Of a DNA stretch of 49,827 bases, positions 1-8,936 are shown piece after piece. Origin of the DNA: Bacteroidia bacterium. Its GTDB lineage: Bacteria; Bacteroidota; Bacteroidia; SpSt-205. The notes beneath the pieces were generated by a model. That model saw only the letters and a list, made by a program, of their open reading frames with translations, did no database searches and was not told the DNA's origin. Each line of letters starts with the position of its first letter. The first letter of the stretch is position 1. Location of the stretch: positions 1-49,827 of the forward strand of contig JANXDD010000001.1 in NCBI GenBank assembly GCA_025059915.1, given 5' to 3'. Position numbers and translations under genes: made by a program.

Positions 1-19
1 AAGGCGCTGGCGCGCCCCC

Positions 20-44
20 ATGGGCGGCGGCAGCCGCCGCCCAT
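20..44. other. Perfect GC-rich hairpin (11-bp stem, 3-nt loop)
   Basis: atgggcggcgg-cag-ccgccgcccat is self-complementary. It lies 29 nt upstream of the first CDS. There is no U-tract on either strand, so a terminator role is unproven. Confidence 0.5.
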
Positions 45-72
45 CCCATCAAAACACCGCACATTTAACCCC

Positions 73-1683
73 ATGCCCCGTAAAACTCTCCCCTTACTCC
101 TCACCTTCCTCTGGGCCCAAGACGCCGACCTTTTCATAGGTAGTGAGATTTACACCTTCTTTGAACGCTGGGATGTGCGCGGATGGGTAGATACTTTCGT
201 CCCCATAGAGACTCGCCCATGGGGCAGAGAAGAGGCTTACTCTCTGCTTATCCATACAGACGCGCATGCCCTCCCCCGTTTAGATAAAGCCCGCTATGAA
301 AGAGCCTTTTTCCTTCTTTCCGATAGCCTCCCCCCTCGCCCTTGGCGTGATAAACCGTCCTGGTTTCTCCCAGAAGGGCGAGACCTCTTTGTCGCTCGCA
401 CCCAGTGGGGAAGCCTCTACATCGGAGCTCTTCTCCACCTCTCCGTGGGACGCGACAGCACAGGATTTTTGTACCAAAATACTCGTGGAGCCTACTTGCG
501 GGCTCGCATAGGAAAGAAAGTGGGACTCTATGCAGACGTATTAGAAACGCAGGCTCGCCTACCATTTTTCATTTCCGAACGCTATCGGAGTAATCTTACC
601 TTATGGGGAGAGACCTTTGTCAAACCTTTCAGAAATAATGGCTTTGACTACACGAATGCACGAGGGTACATCACCTACACCCCTCACCCTGCACTGCGCA
701 TCAAGTTTGGGCGGGATAAAGGCTTCTGGGGAATTGGCTTTCAAAGTAGTTTTCTCAGCGATTATGCTCCAGAGTATCTCTACCTTCATCTTCGCGGAAG
801 GTTGAGCTCATGGGAATATCACAGCTTTTTTGCTCAGCTTATTGACTTCATTCCTAATAAGCCTGATGCATGGGGAGATCAGCCGCGCAAGTACTTAGCT
901 CTTCATCAGCTAATTTGGCGTCCTGCGCGAGGCCTCAGCATCGGTGCCTTTGAGGGAGTTATGTACAATCCCTGGACGCCTCGCGGACCCCGAGGGGTGG
1001 AAATTAATTATTTTATCCCCCTCATTTTTTACAGAACTGTCGAGCAGGCCATAGGAAGCCCCGATAATGCCATGCTAGGGCTTTTTGCCCGAGCCAACCT
1101 TCTCAAGCGTCTCCAGCTGTATGGGCAGCTGGCTATAGATGACTACAACTTCGGCAAGCGCAGAGAAGGCAAAGGGTGGTGGGGAAATAAATACAGCTGG
1201 CAGCTCGGCATCAAAGCATTTGATATCGGGCTGAAAACCTTAGACCTACTGGCGGAAATCAATCAAGTTCAACCCTATACCTACAGCCATAGCATCGTCG
1301 CAGCAGCATGGACCCATCATGGACAGTTTTTAGCTCATCCTTACGGAGCGAATCTTCGGGAGGTTACCCTTCTCCTGCGGTATCAGCCGCTGCCGGGGCT
1401 GACCATAGAAGGACGACTTTCAAATATTTGGCAAGGGCACAATACCCCCACCCAAAACTGGGGAAGCAGTCCCTTCATAAGCGATGTAACGCATGTACGA
1501 GACTTTGGGAATCAGCTTTTGCAGGGCAGCCTTTATTACGTGCGGCTCTTTCATAGCCGAGTTACTTACCAGCTGCGCCGCCTGCCCTTATACATAGAGG
1601 CAGAGGCCTTTGAACGAGGAGGCGTAAAGGGGCTGCTGCTAAGCTCACGCTGGATGCTTGTCCCAAAAGTGCTGCGTTTTTAG
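73..1683 (+). CDS. Secreted outer-membrane beta-barrel-like protein, possibly a Wzi-type capsule-assembly family member
   Basis: 536-aa ORF with a signal peptide (LLLTFLWA|QD). It is aromatic/Gly-rich with alternating segments and ends in ...LRF, as OM barrels do. The N-terminal EIYTFFERWDVRGW resembles the helical start of Wzi-family barrels, but this match is weak and from memory. Confidence 0.6.
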   Translation: MPRKTLPLLLTFLWAQDADLFIGSEIYTFFERWDVRGWVDTFVPIETRPWGREEAYSLLIHTDAHALPRLDKARYERAFFLLSDSLPPRPWRDKPSWFLPEGRDLFVARTQWGSLYIGALLHLSVGRDSTGFLYQNTRGAYLRARIGKKVGLYADVLETQARLPFFISERYRSNLTLWGETFVKPFRNNGFDYTNARGYITYTPHPALRIKFGRDKGFWGIGFQSSFLSDYAPEYLYLHLRGRLSSWEYHSFFAQLIDFIPNKPDAWGDQPRKYLALHQLIWRPARGLSIGAFEGVMYNPWTPRGPRGVEINYFIPLIFYRTVEQAIGSPDNAMLGLFARANLLKRLQLYGQLAIDDYNFGKRREGKGWWGNKYSWQLGIKAFDIGLKTLDLLAEINQVQPYTYSHSIVAAAWTHHGQFLAHPYGANLREVTLLLRYQPLPGLTIEGRLSNIWQGHNTPTQNWGSSPFISDVTHVRDFGNQLLQGSLYYVRLFHSRVTYQLRRLPLYIEAEAFERGGVKGLLLSSRWMLVPKVLRF

Positions 1684-1702
1684 AAAAGAGGCTCCACCCT
1701 CT

Positions 1703-2170
1703 CTACCTTCGCCCGCGGTCCAAATACTTGTACCACACCTCGTGGGGACCCGCAGGTGGTATTTCTACGACTCCTGCGGGTGCCCAATGATGAAAGCCTA
1801 ACTTTTCATAAAACCCTACTGCGCTAAGGCGCGCATAACACCACACGAGATCAGCCCCTCTTTTCTCCAAAAACTCTAAGCTTTCTCTAACAAGCTGGCG
1901 CCCTATACCATAGCGGCGCTGATAAGAAGGAGCTGTAGCCATACCCCGCAGCCGATAAGCGCACCCAGCAGGAAGGCTCTCATAGGGCTCTAAGAAGTAG
2001 GAAACTACCCCTACCTGTTCTCCATTCGGAAAGTAAGCCGCGAAGTGCCAGGTAGTGCGCTCCTCATCTCCATCATAACGAGCTGCCGCTTCTGGAAGTC
2101 CAGGCCTCAAAACCTGCGAGCGTAAAGGAATCACAGCTTCCGCATTGACGATACTGATAATAAGGGTCAT
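1703..2170 (-). CDS. GNAT-family N-acetyltransferase
   Basis: 155 aa. Acetyl-CoA binding motif A (QRRYGIGRQLV) followed by ...AVGFYEKLGF. Confidence 0.8.
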   Translation of the reverse strand: MTLIISIVNAEAVIPLRSQVLRPGLPEAAARYDGDEERTTWHFAAYFPNGEQVGVVSYFLEPYESLPAGCAYRLRGMATAPSYQRRYGIGRQLVRESLEFLEKRGADLVWCYARLSAVGFYEKLGFHHWAPAGVVEIPPAGPHEVWYKYLDRGRR

Positions 2171-2171
2171 T

Positions 2172-3803
2172 TTAGCCCATAAACGGATAGCGGTAATCCT
2201 GTGGAGGCAGGAAGTTTTCCTTGATAGCGCGAGGGCTAACCCAACGAATCAGATTCCATGGCGAGCCAGCTTTGTCGTTAGTGCCGGAGGCTCTCGCTCC
2301 TCCGAAAGGTTGTTGGTTCACCACAGCCCCTGTGGGTTTGTCATTCACATAGATATTACCTGCACTGTAGCGGAGCACATCCAGAGCTTTGTCTATCACC
2401 CGACGGTCCTGAGCCCATATAGCGCCCGTAAGCCCATAAGGCGAAGTCTCATCCAGTAGATGAAGCGATTCCTCCCACTTTTCATCTGGATACACATACA
2501 CGGTCAAAACCGGTCCGAAAATCTCCTCCTCCATGAGGCGGTGCTTGGGGGCTGTGGTCTGAAAAAGAGTAGGCTGGATAAAATACCCCACCGAATCGTC
2601 GTAGCCTCCCCCTTCTAAAAGCGACACGGCTGGGTCTGCCTTCCCCAGCTCTATGTAAGAGACGATTTTGTCAAAGGCTTTTTTGTCAATCACCGCTGTT
2701 ATGAAGTTGGAGAAGTCCTCTGGGGGACCCATCCGAAAGCTCCTCATCATCTCTATGAGCCGCCCCAGAATCTCTTCCGCCCGAGAGGCAGGCAAATAAG
2801 CTCGGGAGGCTGCAGAGCACTTCTGCCCTTGATACTCATAGGCCCCTCGGGCAAGCGCTACTGCTACCCCCTGCGCATCCGCCGAAGGATGAACCCACAC
2901 AAAATCTTTCCCCCCCGTCTCCGCTACTACCCGCGGATAGTTCCGATAGACGGAAAGGTTTTGGCTGATTGTCTGCCAGAGTAAATTCAGGGTTGCCGTG
3001 GAGCCTGTAAAATGAAGTCCTGCAAAACTGGGATGCCTCAGCGCCACTTCTGAGAAAGTAGGGCCAGATACCACCAGCATGTTTATCACTCCTTCCGGCA
3101 GCCCTGCCTCTAATAGCACTTCCAGTATCACCCGAGCGGAATAAAGCTGAGTCTCCGCAGGCTTCCACAGAACTACATTCCCCATCAGTGCAGGCGCCGT
3201 AGGAAGGTTCCCCGCAATAGAAGCAAAGTTGAAAGGTGTAATAGCAACAACAAACCCCTCCAGCGGACGATAATCCATGCGGTTCCGGGTCAGAGGCGGG
3301 CTATACGGCTGCCAGCGCAGAAGGTATTCTGCATAATGCACATTGAACCGCCAGAAGTCTGCCAGCTCCGCTATGATGTCAATTTCAGACTGAAAAACAG
3401 TCTTAGATTGACCAATCATACAGGCAGCATTGGCGTAAGCACGATACTTTTGAGAAAGGAGGTCGGCTGCTTTGAGGAAAATTTCTGCTCTGCGCTCAAA
3501 GCTCCATCGGCTCCATTCTTTATGAGCTCGAAGGGCTGCTTCTATTGCTGCCTCTACTGCTTCCCGCCCCACCCGATAAGCCGTACCAAGAAGGTGAGAT
3601 TTGCGGTGAGGAGGCGTAAGCGGAAAAGGCTCTCCATCCCAAAACCGCCCCCCGATATAGCTGCGCACTTCTACTTGACGGCTATATGCCTCATGTAAAG
3701 CTTTTTCTAAGGCAAGCCGCTCTGGAGAGCCAGGTGCATGGGCTAAAACAGGTTCGTTGGTAGGTTGAGGAAAGTTCCATTCCATAAAGCAAAAGTAAGC
3801 CAA
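2172..3803 (-). CDS. pruA: L-glutamate gamma-semialdehyde (1-pyrroline-5-carboxylate) dehydrogenase
   Basis: 543 aa with an aldehyde-dehydrogenase fold and catalytic Glu/Cys regions (ETGGKDF, GQKCSAAS). The N-terminus (FPQPTNEPV..APGSPER) and length are typical of stand-alone P5CDH. An alternative ATG lies at 3785. Confidence 0.9.
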   Translation of the reverse strand: MAYFCFMEWNFPQPTNEPVLAHAPGSPERLALEKALHEAYSRQVEVRSYIGGRFWDGEPFPLTPPHRKSHLLGTAYRVGREAVEAAIEAALRAHKEWSRWSFERRAEIFLKAADLLSQKYRAYANAACMIGQSKTVFQSEIDIIAELADFWRFNVHYAEYLLRWQPYSPPLTRNRMDYRPLEGFVVAITPFNFASIAGNLPTAPALMGNVVLWKPAETQLYSARVILEVLLEAGLPEGVINMLVVSGPTFSEVALRHPSFAGLHFTGSTATLNLLWQTISQNLSVYRNYPRVVAETGGKDFVWVHPSADAQGVAVALARGAYEYQGQKCSAASRAYLPASRAEEILGRLIEMMRSFRMGPPEDFSNFITAVIDKKAFDKIVSYIELGKADPAVSLLEGGGYDDSVGYFIQPTLFQTTAPKHRLMEEEIFGPVLTVYVYPDEKWEESLHLLDETSPYGLTGAIWAQDRRVIDKALDVLRYSAGNIYVNDKPTGAVVNQQPFGGARASGTNDKAGSPWNLIRWVSPRAIKENFLPPQDYRYPFMG

Positions 3804-3807
3804 TAGC

Positions 3808-4233
3808 CTAACGTAAAAGCTGCTGCGTCTCGGCAGGCAGGGCTGTCAAGTCTCCTCGCGCTAAATGCACCGTCGTCAAAATTCCCCCACGAATATTATA
3901 CCGAAGCGAGAGCCGCATATACCGCGGCTGTAATACCTCCCATAAATCCTCAAATATCAAATCTGCCACCGGCTCCTGAAATATTTCCTCATTTCGGTAG
4001 CTGAAAAGATACATTTTCAGCGACTTCAGTTCCACGCAGCGATCCGAAGGCACATACCATATGTCCAGCGTTCCGATGTCTGGTAGGCCAGTGCCCGGGC
4101 AGACCGCACTGAACTCTTCCGTGTGCAAATGAATAACTTGTGGCTGATTAGTGATAAAAGTGAAGGTTTCCAAAATAGCCCGGCGCTCGGGCTTCCGTAC
4201 TTCATCCCGTGTATCTGCTATTCGTATCGGCAT
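3808..4233 (-). CDS. queF: NADPH-dependent 7-cyano-7-deazaguanine (preQ0) reductase, type I
   Basis: 141 aa. Catalytic Cys context FSAVCPGTGLPD and QueF motif ELKSLKMYLFSYRN. Confidence 0.9.
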   Translation of the reverse strand: MPIRIADTRDEVRKPERRAILETFTFITNQPQVIHLHTEEFSAVCPGTGLPDIGTLDIWYVPSDRCVELKSLKMYLFSYRNEEIFQEPVADLIFEDLWEVLQPRYMRLSLRYNIRGGILTTVHLARGDLTALPAETQQLLR

Positions 4234-4234
4234 A

Positions 4235-5176
4235 CTATGAAGCCGTTTTGCGAGGGTCAGGAAGCATTTTGAGCCATCCTATCTCTTGAGGAGTAAGGTA
4301 GCGCCACTTCCCTCGTGGAACCCCTTTACGCGTAATAGGACCAAAAGCTATTCTGTCTAAAGCCTTTACACGATAGCCGAGGTATTCCATCATTCGCTTC
4401 ACGATATGCTTTCGTCCGATGTGGAGCGTAATGATTAGAGTGTAAGGGTCCTCTAAATAGGCTTCATCTGCCTTTGCGACCCCGTCTGATAGAGGTATCC
4501 CTTCCGTAAGCTTTTCTACTACTTTGGAAGTCATCGGCTTTACGGTAGTCAGGCGGTAGGTGCGCGGGACCTTACTGGCAGGGTGAAGGAGCTTCTGAGC
4601 CAGCTCCCCATCATTCGTAAGGAGTAAAATACCCGTAGTATTTCGGTCCAAACGCCCCACTGGATACAATCGTACGGGCGGCGCTCCCTCTAATAAATCC
4701 ATTATTGTCTGGCGACCTTTCTCATCTTTTACGGTGCATATGGTGTTCTTGGGCTTGTTCAAAAGGATATATACTGGCTTTTCGGGACGTATCACCTTAC
4801 CCCGATAGGTAACTGTGTCTTTCTCAGGGTCTACGAAAACCCATGGCTCCAGGACAGTCTCACCATTGACGGTTACCTGTCCATTTTTGATAATCTTGGC
4901 TGCCTTGCGTCGTGAAGCTACTCCCGCCAGGGCAAGGTACCGAACCAGACGCAAGGGACCAGCGGACTCCTCTTGCCTTGCAGTCTCAGAGCTTCCAGGC
5001 CCCCTTTGCCCCCGAGAAAGGCGCCCTTTAGGGGCCTCTGGCAGAGAGGAGGATTTGATCTTAGGAAAAGTTTGTTCTGCTTTTTCCCCTCCTATTTCCG
5101 CAGGAGCATTGGATTTGAGAGAGCGAGAGGGTATCTGAGGTTTTGGCTTCTGAGTCATAGATTTTGGAAGGTACAA
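4235..5176 (-). CDS. rluB: RsuA/RluB-family 23S rRNA pseudouridine synthase
   Basis: 313 aa. S4 domain (LVRYLALAGVASRRKAAKII) plus catalytic motif GRLDRNTTGILLLTNDG. Preceded by an ~85-aa K/S/P-rich N-terminal extension. Confidence 0.85.
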   Translation of the reverse strand: MYLPKSMTQKPKPQIPSRSLKSNAPAEIGGEKAEQTFPKIKSSSLPEAPKGRLSRGQRGPGSSETARQEESAGPLRLVRYLALAGVASRRKAAKIIKNGQVTVNGETVLEPWVFVDPEKDTVTYRGKVIRPEKPVYILLNKPKNTICTVKDEKGRQTIMDLLEGAPPVRLYPVGRLDRNTTGILLLTNDGELAQKLLHPASKVPRTYRLTTVKPMTSKVVEKLTEGIPLSDGVAKADEAYLEDPYTLIITLHIGRKHIVKRMMEYLGYRVKALDRIAFGPITRKGVPRGKWRYLTPQEIGWLKMLPDPRKTAS

Positions 5177-5184
5177 AATTTACC

Positions 5185-5745
5185 TTAGTGGAGATTGCGG
5201 CGCTGCCATCGGCGTGAAGCAAAGCCTACATACACCCCCACCTGTATCGGACGAAAAGGCACAGCTGAACGAAAGTACGGCTCTATCAAGAGGTACGGCT
5301 CTACCACTCCACCGTAGGCTTGATGGAATATGTGCTGATAGCCCACGGTCAGCCCCCCTGTAACTGTACCAGAGGAGGGCTCCGACCGTACTCCCCATAT
5401 ACCGCCAGCCAGGTGAATGCCCCCCCAAAGCCCTTCAGGACTATAGGCTGGCTTGCGGAAATAGTACCGAACTCCCGTTCTTATGACTGCCCCCCGTCGT
5501 GGAAGAAGCCGAAAATAGCTCACACTCGTCAGAAGCGTCAATCCCTCCCAGCGATGGCGCTCAACCGAGGCAATGAAAGGCGGCGCCCACTGAAATAGCC
5601 TGTATTCCCCTGCAAGGCGCTGCTCCCGCCACAAAAAGCTCAGCACATCTCCCTTTATCACATAGCGAGCCGGCAATTGAGCCCCTAAGACGCTTATTCC
5701 AATAAAGCTACTCCATAAAAAGCTTCCTCTCATCCCACTGGCCAT
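5185..5745 (-). CDS. Hypothetical secreted protein, small beta-barrel-like
   Basis: 186-aa ORF with a signal-like N-terminus (...GISVLGA|QL), Gly/Tyr-rich with alternating segments. No recognisable motif. The start is uncertain; it overlaps the upstream gene end. Confidence 0.5.
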   Translation of the reverse strand: MASGMRGSFLWSSFIGISVLGAQLPARYVIKGDVLSFLWREQRLAGEYRLFQWAPPFIASVERHRWEGLTLLTSVSYFRLLPRRGAVIRTGVRYYFRKPAYSPEGLWGGIHLAGGIWGVRSEPSSGTVTGGLTVGYQHIFHQAYGGVVEPYLLIEPYFRSAVPFRPIQVGVYVGFASRRWQRRNLH

Positions 5746-6646
5746 CTATAAAAGGACGCACCGTACCATACGCATACAGCGCCGTCTGATTGTCCCTATC
5801 CAAAAGCGGATTTATCTCTGTAACTTCCAAAAAGCGGAATTTCTCCAAAGAAATGATTTCCTGAAAGAGCATCCTGATTTGTGCAATGTTGAGCCCTCCT
5901 GGCGCAGCACTGCCAGTCCCCCGAGCAAAGCTGGGATCCCACACATCCACATCAAAGCTGACATATAACACATCCACCCGCTTCTCTAAAGACCTAATAG
6001 CCTCTACTACAGGAAGTAACCCTCCCTTCATGACATCCATCGCCGAAAAGTGGACAATACCATGCTTCTGAATAAGCTCCATTTCGGGAGGCTCATGGCT
6101 ACGCAGTCCTATTAGAATGAGATTCTCAGGCATGATAGCTGGCTGAACCCACCGATTCCATATTTCCCATGTGAGATTAGGCACCGGATGGATACGCTCT
6201 TGATTGAGTCCCGTAGCCATCGCCAAAGGCATCCCGTGAAGGTTACCGGAAGGAGAAGTGGCTGGATTATGAAAGTCCGCATGGGCATCTATCCACACCA
6301 CCCCGACTTTTCCGAGCCGCTCAGCTAAAACGGGCAAAATACACCCAGCCCAGCTATGATCCCCCGTGAGAATAAGAGACCTTCCCTCTAATGGGATTTT
6401 TCGGAAAGTCTCCCTTACTACCTCGGCAAAAGCCGCCCACGGATCTAACCTTCGGGCATACACATGCCGACCATTTTCTATCCACACCGGCTTGTCTGTC
6501 GCAGGGGAGAGCCAAATATGCTCTGCTTCAATCCATGCAAGGTGCTTATAGTTTATAGCAATCGCATACCAGCTATGCACTCCCGCAGCACCGCCCGGCT
6601 GCCCTGCCCCCCAGTCACAAGCTATAGAAATCACCTGCAGGCTCAT
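5708..6646 (-). CDS. Arginase-family ureohydrolase (arginase-like; agmatinase not excluded)
   Basis: 312 aa. Mn-cluster motifs GDHS, IDAHADFHNP...SGNLHGMP and SFDVDVWDP..GTG..PGGL. Confidence 0.85.
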   Translation of the reverse strand: MSLQVISIACDWGAGQPGGAAGVHSWYAIAINYKHLAWIEAEHIWLSPATDKPVWIENGRHVYARRLDPWAAFAEVVRETFRKIPLEGRSLILTGDHSWAGCILPVLAERLGKVGVVWIDAHADFHNPATSPSGNLHGMPLAMATGLNQERIHPVPNLTWEIWNRWVQPAIMPENLILIGLRSHEPPEMELIQKHGIVHFSAMDVMKGGLLPVVEAIRSLEKRVDVLYVSFDVDVWDPSFARGTGSAAPGGLNIAQIRMLFQEIISLEKFRFLEVTEINPLLDRDNQTALYAYGTVRPFIDGQWDERKLFME

Positions 6647-6675
6647 GCAAACTACACTATTTTACATTTTCGTCT

Positions 6676-6683
6676 GATATTTG
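6676..6683 (+). promoter_or_regulatory. Candidate -7 promoter box for speA (one mismatch, GATATTTG)
   Basis: 7/8 match to TAnnTTTG, 4 nt upstream of GTG 6688. Confidence 0.35.
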
Positions 6684-6687
6684 CGTC

Positions 6688-8076
6688 GTGCAAAGTTATG
6701 CGGAGTTCCTGGACCTTAGCGTAGACTTCCCTCAGGAGCCCTTTGAGGTCATAGATGACGAGCTTCATTTTCATGGCATCAATCTGATTGAGTTAGTAGA
6801 GACTTTCGGCACGCCCCTTCGCATTACCTACTTACCGATCATCGGGAAAAAAATCCGCCAAGCTCGCCTGTATTTCCAAGAGGCTTTTCTAAAAAACGAC
6901 TACCACGGCCAGTACATCTATGCCTACTGCACAAAAAGTTCCCACTTCCGTCACATTTTAGAAGAGGTACTAAGGCATGGCGTTCATATTGAGACATCAT
7001 CTGCTTTTGACATGGAGATTGTAGAGTCTCTTGAGCGGAGGGGCCTCATATCCAAAAAAGATACGATGATTATATGCAATGGCTACAAAACCCCCGCCTA
7101 TGCTCAGCGCATCGTTGACCTTCTGCATGACGGCTTTGAGAATCTCATCCCCGTTTTAGATACTAAGCGGGAAATAAACTTTTATGCCAGCGAGTTAGAT
7201 GTCCCAGCTAAGCTGGGCATTCGGGTCTCCATAGAAGAGCGGCCCGACTTTCCAGTCTATACCAGCCGCCTGGGAATTCGTCCAGATGATGTGATAGACC
7301 TGTATTTAGAAAAAATCAAACCCAATCCGAACTTTCAGCTGGTAATGCTTCACTCTTTCATCAGCTCTGGCATTCGGGACACGCCCTACTATTGGAACGA
7401 GCTGGATAAAATGATAGCTCTTTATTGCGAGCTCAAAAAAGAAGCCCCCAGTTTGCGATATTTCAATATCGGGGGCGGCCTGCCCTTTAGAAATTCTTTG
7501 GACTTTGAGTTTGATTATCAGTATGTCATAGGCGAGATTGTTCGGCGGCTAAAAGTGGCATGTACTCAGCACGGAGTAGAAGAGCCTGATATTGTCTCTG
7601 AGTTTGGAAGCTATACGGTTGCTGAGTCAGGGGCCGTTATTTTCAAAGTCTTGGAGCGAAAGCGGCAAAATGATAGAGAAAGCTGGCTGATTTTGGATGG
7701 CAGCTTGATGACTATTTTACCCGACATATGGGCTCTCAAGCAGAAGTACATCATTCTCCCCCTCAATAACTGGAGCGCTGAATATGAAAGGGTCATCTTA
7801 GGCGGTATTACGTGCGATGAGCTGGACTTCTATCATACCGATGCTCATACCAATGTCCTTTTCCTTCCAAAGACTCGCAAGGAGATGTATATAGGGTTCT
7901 TTCACACAGGCGCCTATCAGGAAGCTCTGAGTGGCGTAGGGGGTATTCATCACTGCCTTATTCCGACGCCGAGACATATTTTGATTCGGCGGGATCGGGA
8001 CGGGCAGCCCCAGTTTGAGGTGCTTTATGAAGAGCAAAATAGCAAACAGGTGCTAAAAATTTTAGGATACACATGA
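6688..8076 (+). CDS. speA: Arginine decarboxylase (fold-III PLP decarboxylase, short Bacteroidota type)
   Basis: 462 aa with a GTG start. The N-terminus (FPQEPF..LHFHGINL..LVETFGTPLRITYLP) and length fit the short biosynthetic arginine decarboxylase. Divergent from the arginase-family gene. Confidence 0.75.
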   Translation: MQSYAEFLDLSVDFPQEPFEVIDDELHFHGINLIELVETFGTPLRITYLPIIGKKIRQARLYFQEAFLKNDYHGQYIYAYCTKSSHFRHILEEVLRHGVHIETSSAFDMEIVESLERRGLISKKDTMIICNGYKTPAYAQRIVDLLHDGFENLIPVLDTKREINFYASELDVPAKLGIRVSIEERPDFPVYTSRLGIRPDDVIDLYLEKIKPNPNFQLVMLHSFISSGIRDTPYYWNELDKMIALYCELKKEAPSLRYFNIGGGLPFRNSLDFEFDYQYVIGEIVRRLKVACTQHGVEEPDIVSEFGSYTVAESGAVIFKVLERKRQNDRESWLILDGSLMTILPDIWALKQKYIILPLNNWSAEYERVILGGITCDELDFYHTDAHTNVLFLPKTRKEMYIGFFHTGAYQEALSGVGGIHHCLIPTPRHILIRRDRDGQPQFEVLYEEQNSKQVLKILGYT

Positions 8077-8936
8077 GCCAGGTTCTCAGAGGAACACCCG
8101 TTGCCCAGAAGATTCTTGCGGAGGTGCGCCAATATGCCCAAGCTCATCCATTACGGTTGGATATTATTCTCGTTGGGCACCATGAGGCAAGTCACATCTA
8201 CGTATCTCACAAGCTGCGTCAAGCTGAAAAAGTGGGCATAAAAGCCGTTCTTCATCATTTACCTGAGAAGACGACGACGGCAGAAGTAGTGAGCTTGATT
8301 CAGCACCTGAACGAGACCCCGGAGGTTACAGGAATGATTGTACAGCTGCCGCTGCCTGCCCATATATCCGAGCAAGCGGTATTAGACGCCATCGCCCCTT
8401 CTAAGGATGCAGATGCCCTCCATCCGCAGAATTTGGGACTTTTAGCCCAAGGGCGCGCCCGATGGGCCCCCGCTACTCCGTGGGGAATTGTAGAACTGCT
8501 TTTACATTACGACATTTCTCCTGCAGGCAAGCATGTAGCTATCGTAGGACGAGGACGCCTCGTAGGAACGCCCTTGACACTACTTCTCTCCCGCCCAGCC
8601 GCTTACGGAAACGCTACTGTAACTCTCTGCCATACCTACACCCGAAATCTGTACGCCTACACACGCGAAGCTGATATTGTGGTAGTGGCGATAGGGCGCC
8701 CTCAATGGTTTGGGGCGGAAGGCATAAAGCCTGGCGCCGTCATCATAGATGTAGGCATCCACAGAGAGGGAGGCCATCTCATAGGAGATGTCCAAAAGGA
8801 AGCCTTAGAAAAAGCGGGGGCCTATACTCCCGTACCCGGTGGAGTGGGTCCTCTGACAGTAGCATGCCTTCTCAATAACGTCTGCCGCCTCCATGAGGCA
8901 GCTCAATCCAATACCGCCGGCTTGCTGTCCAGATAA
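8073..8936 (+). CDS. folD: Bifunctional 5,10-methylene-THF dehydrogenase / methenyl-THF cyclohydrolase
   Basis: 287 aa. Contains ..ASHIYVSHKLR.., NAD(P) loop VGRGRLVGTPL and C-terminal PGGVGPLTVACLL. ATGA-type 4-nt overlap with speA. Confidence 0.95.
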   Translation: MSQVLRGTPVAQKILAEVRQYAQAHPLRLDIILVGHHEASHIYVSHKLRQAEKVGIKAVLHHLPEKTTTAEVVSLIQHLNETPEVTGMIVQLPLPAHISEQAVLDAIAPSKDADALHPQNLGLLAQGRARWAPATPWGIVELLLHYDISPAGKHVAIVGRGRLVGTPLTLLLSRPAAYGNATVTLCHTYTRNLYAYTREADIVVVAIGRPQWFGAEGIKPGAVIIDVGIHREGGHLIGDVQKEALEKAGAYTPVPGGVGPLTVACLLNNVCRLHEAAQSNTAGLLSR

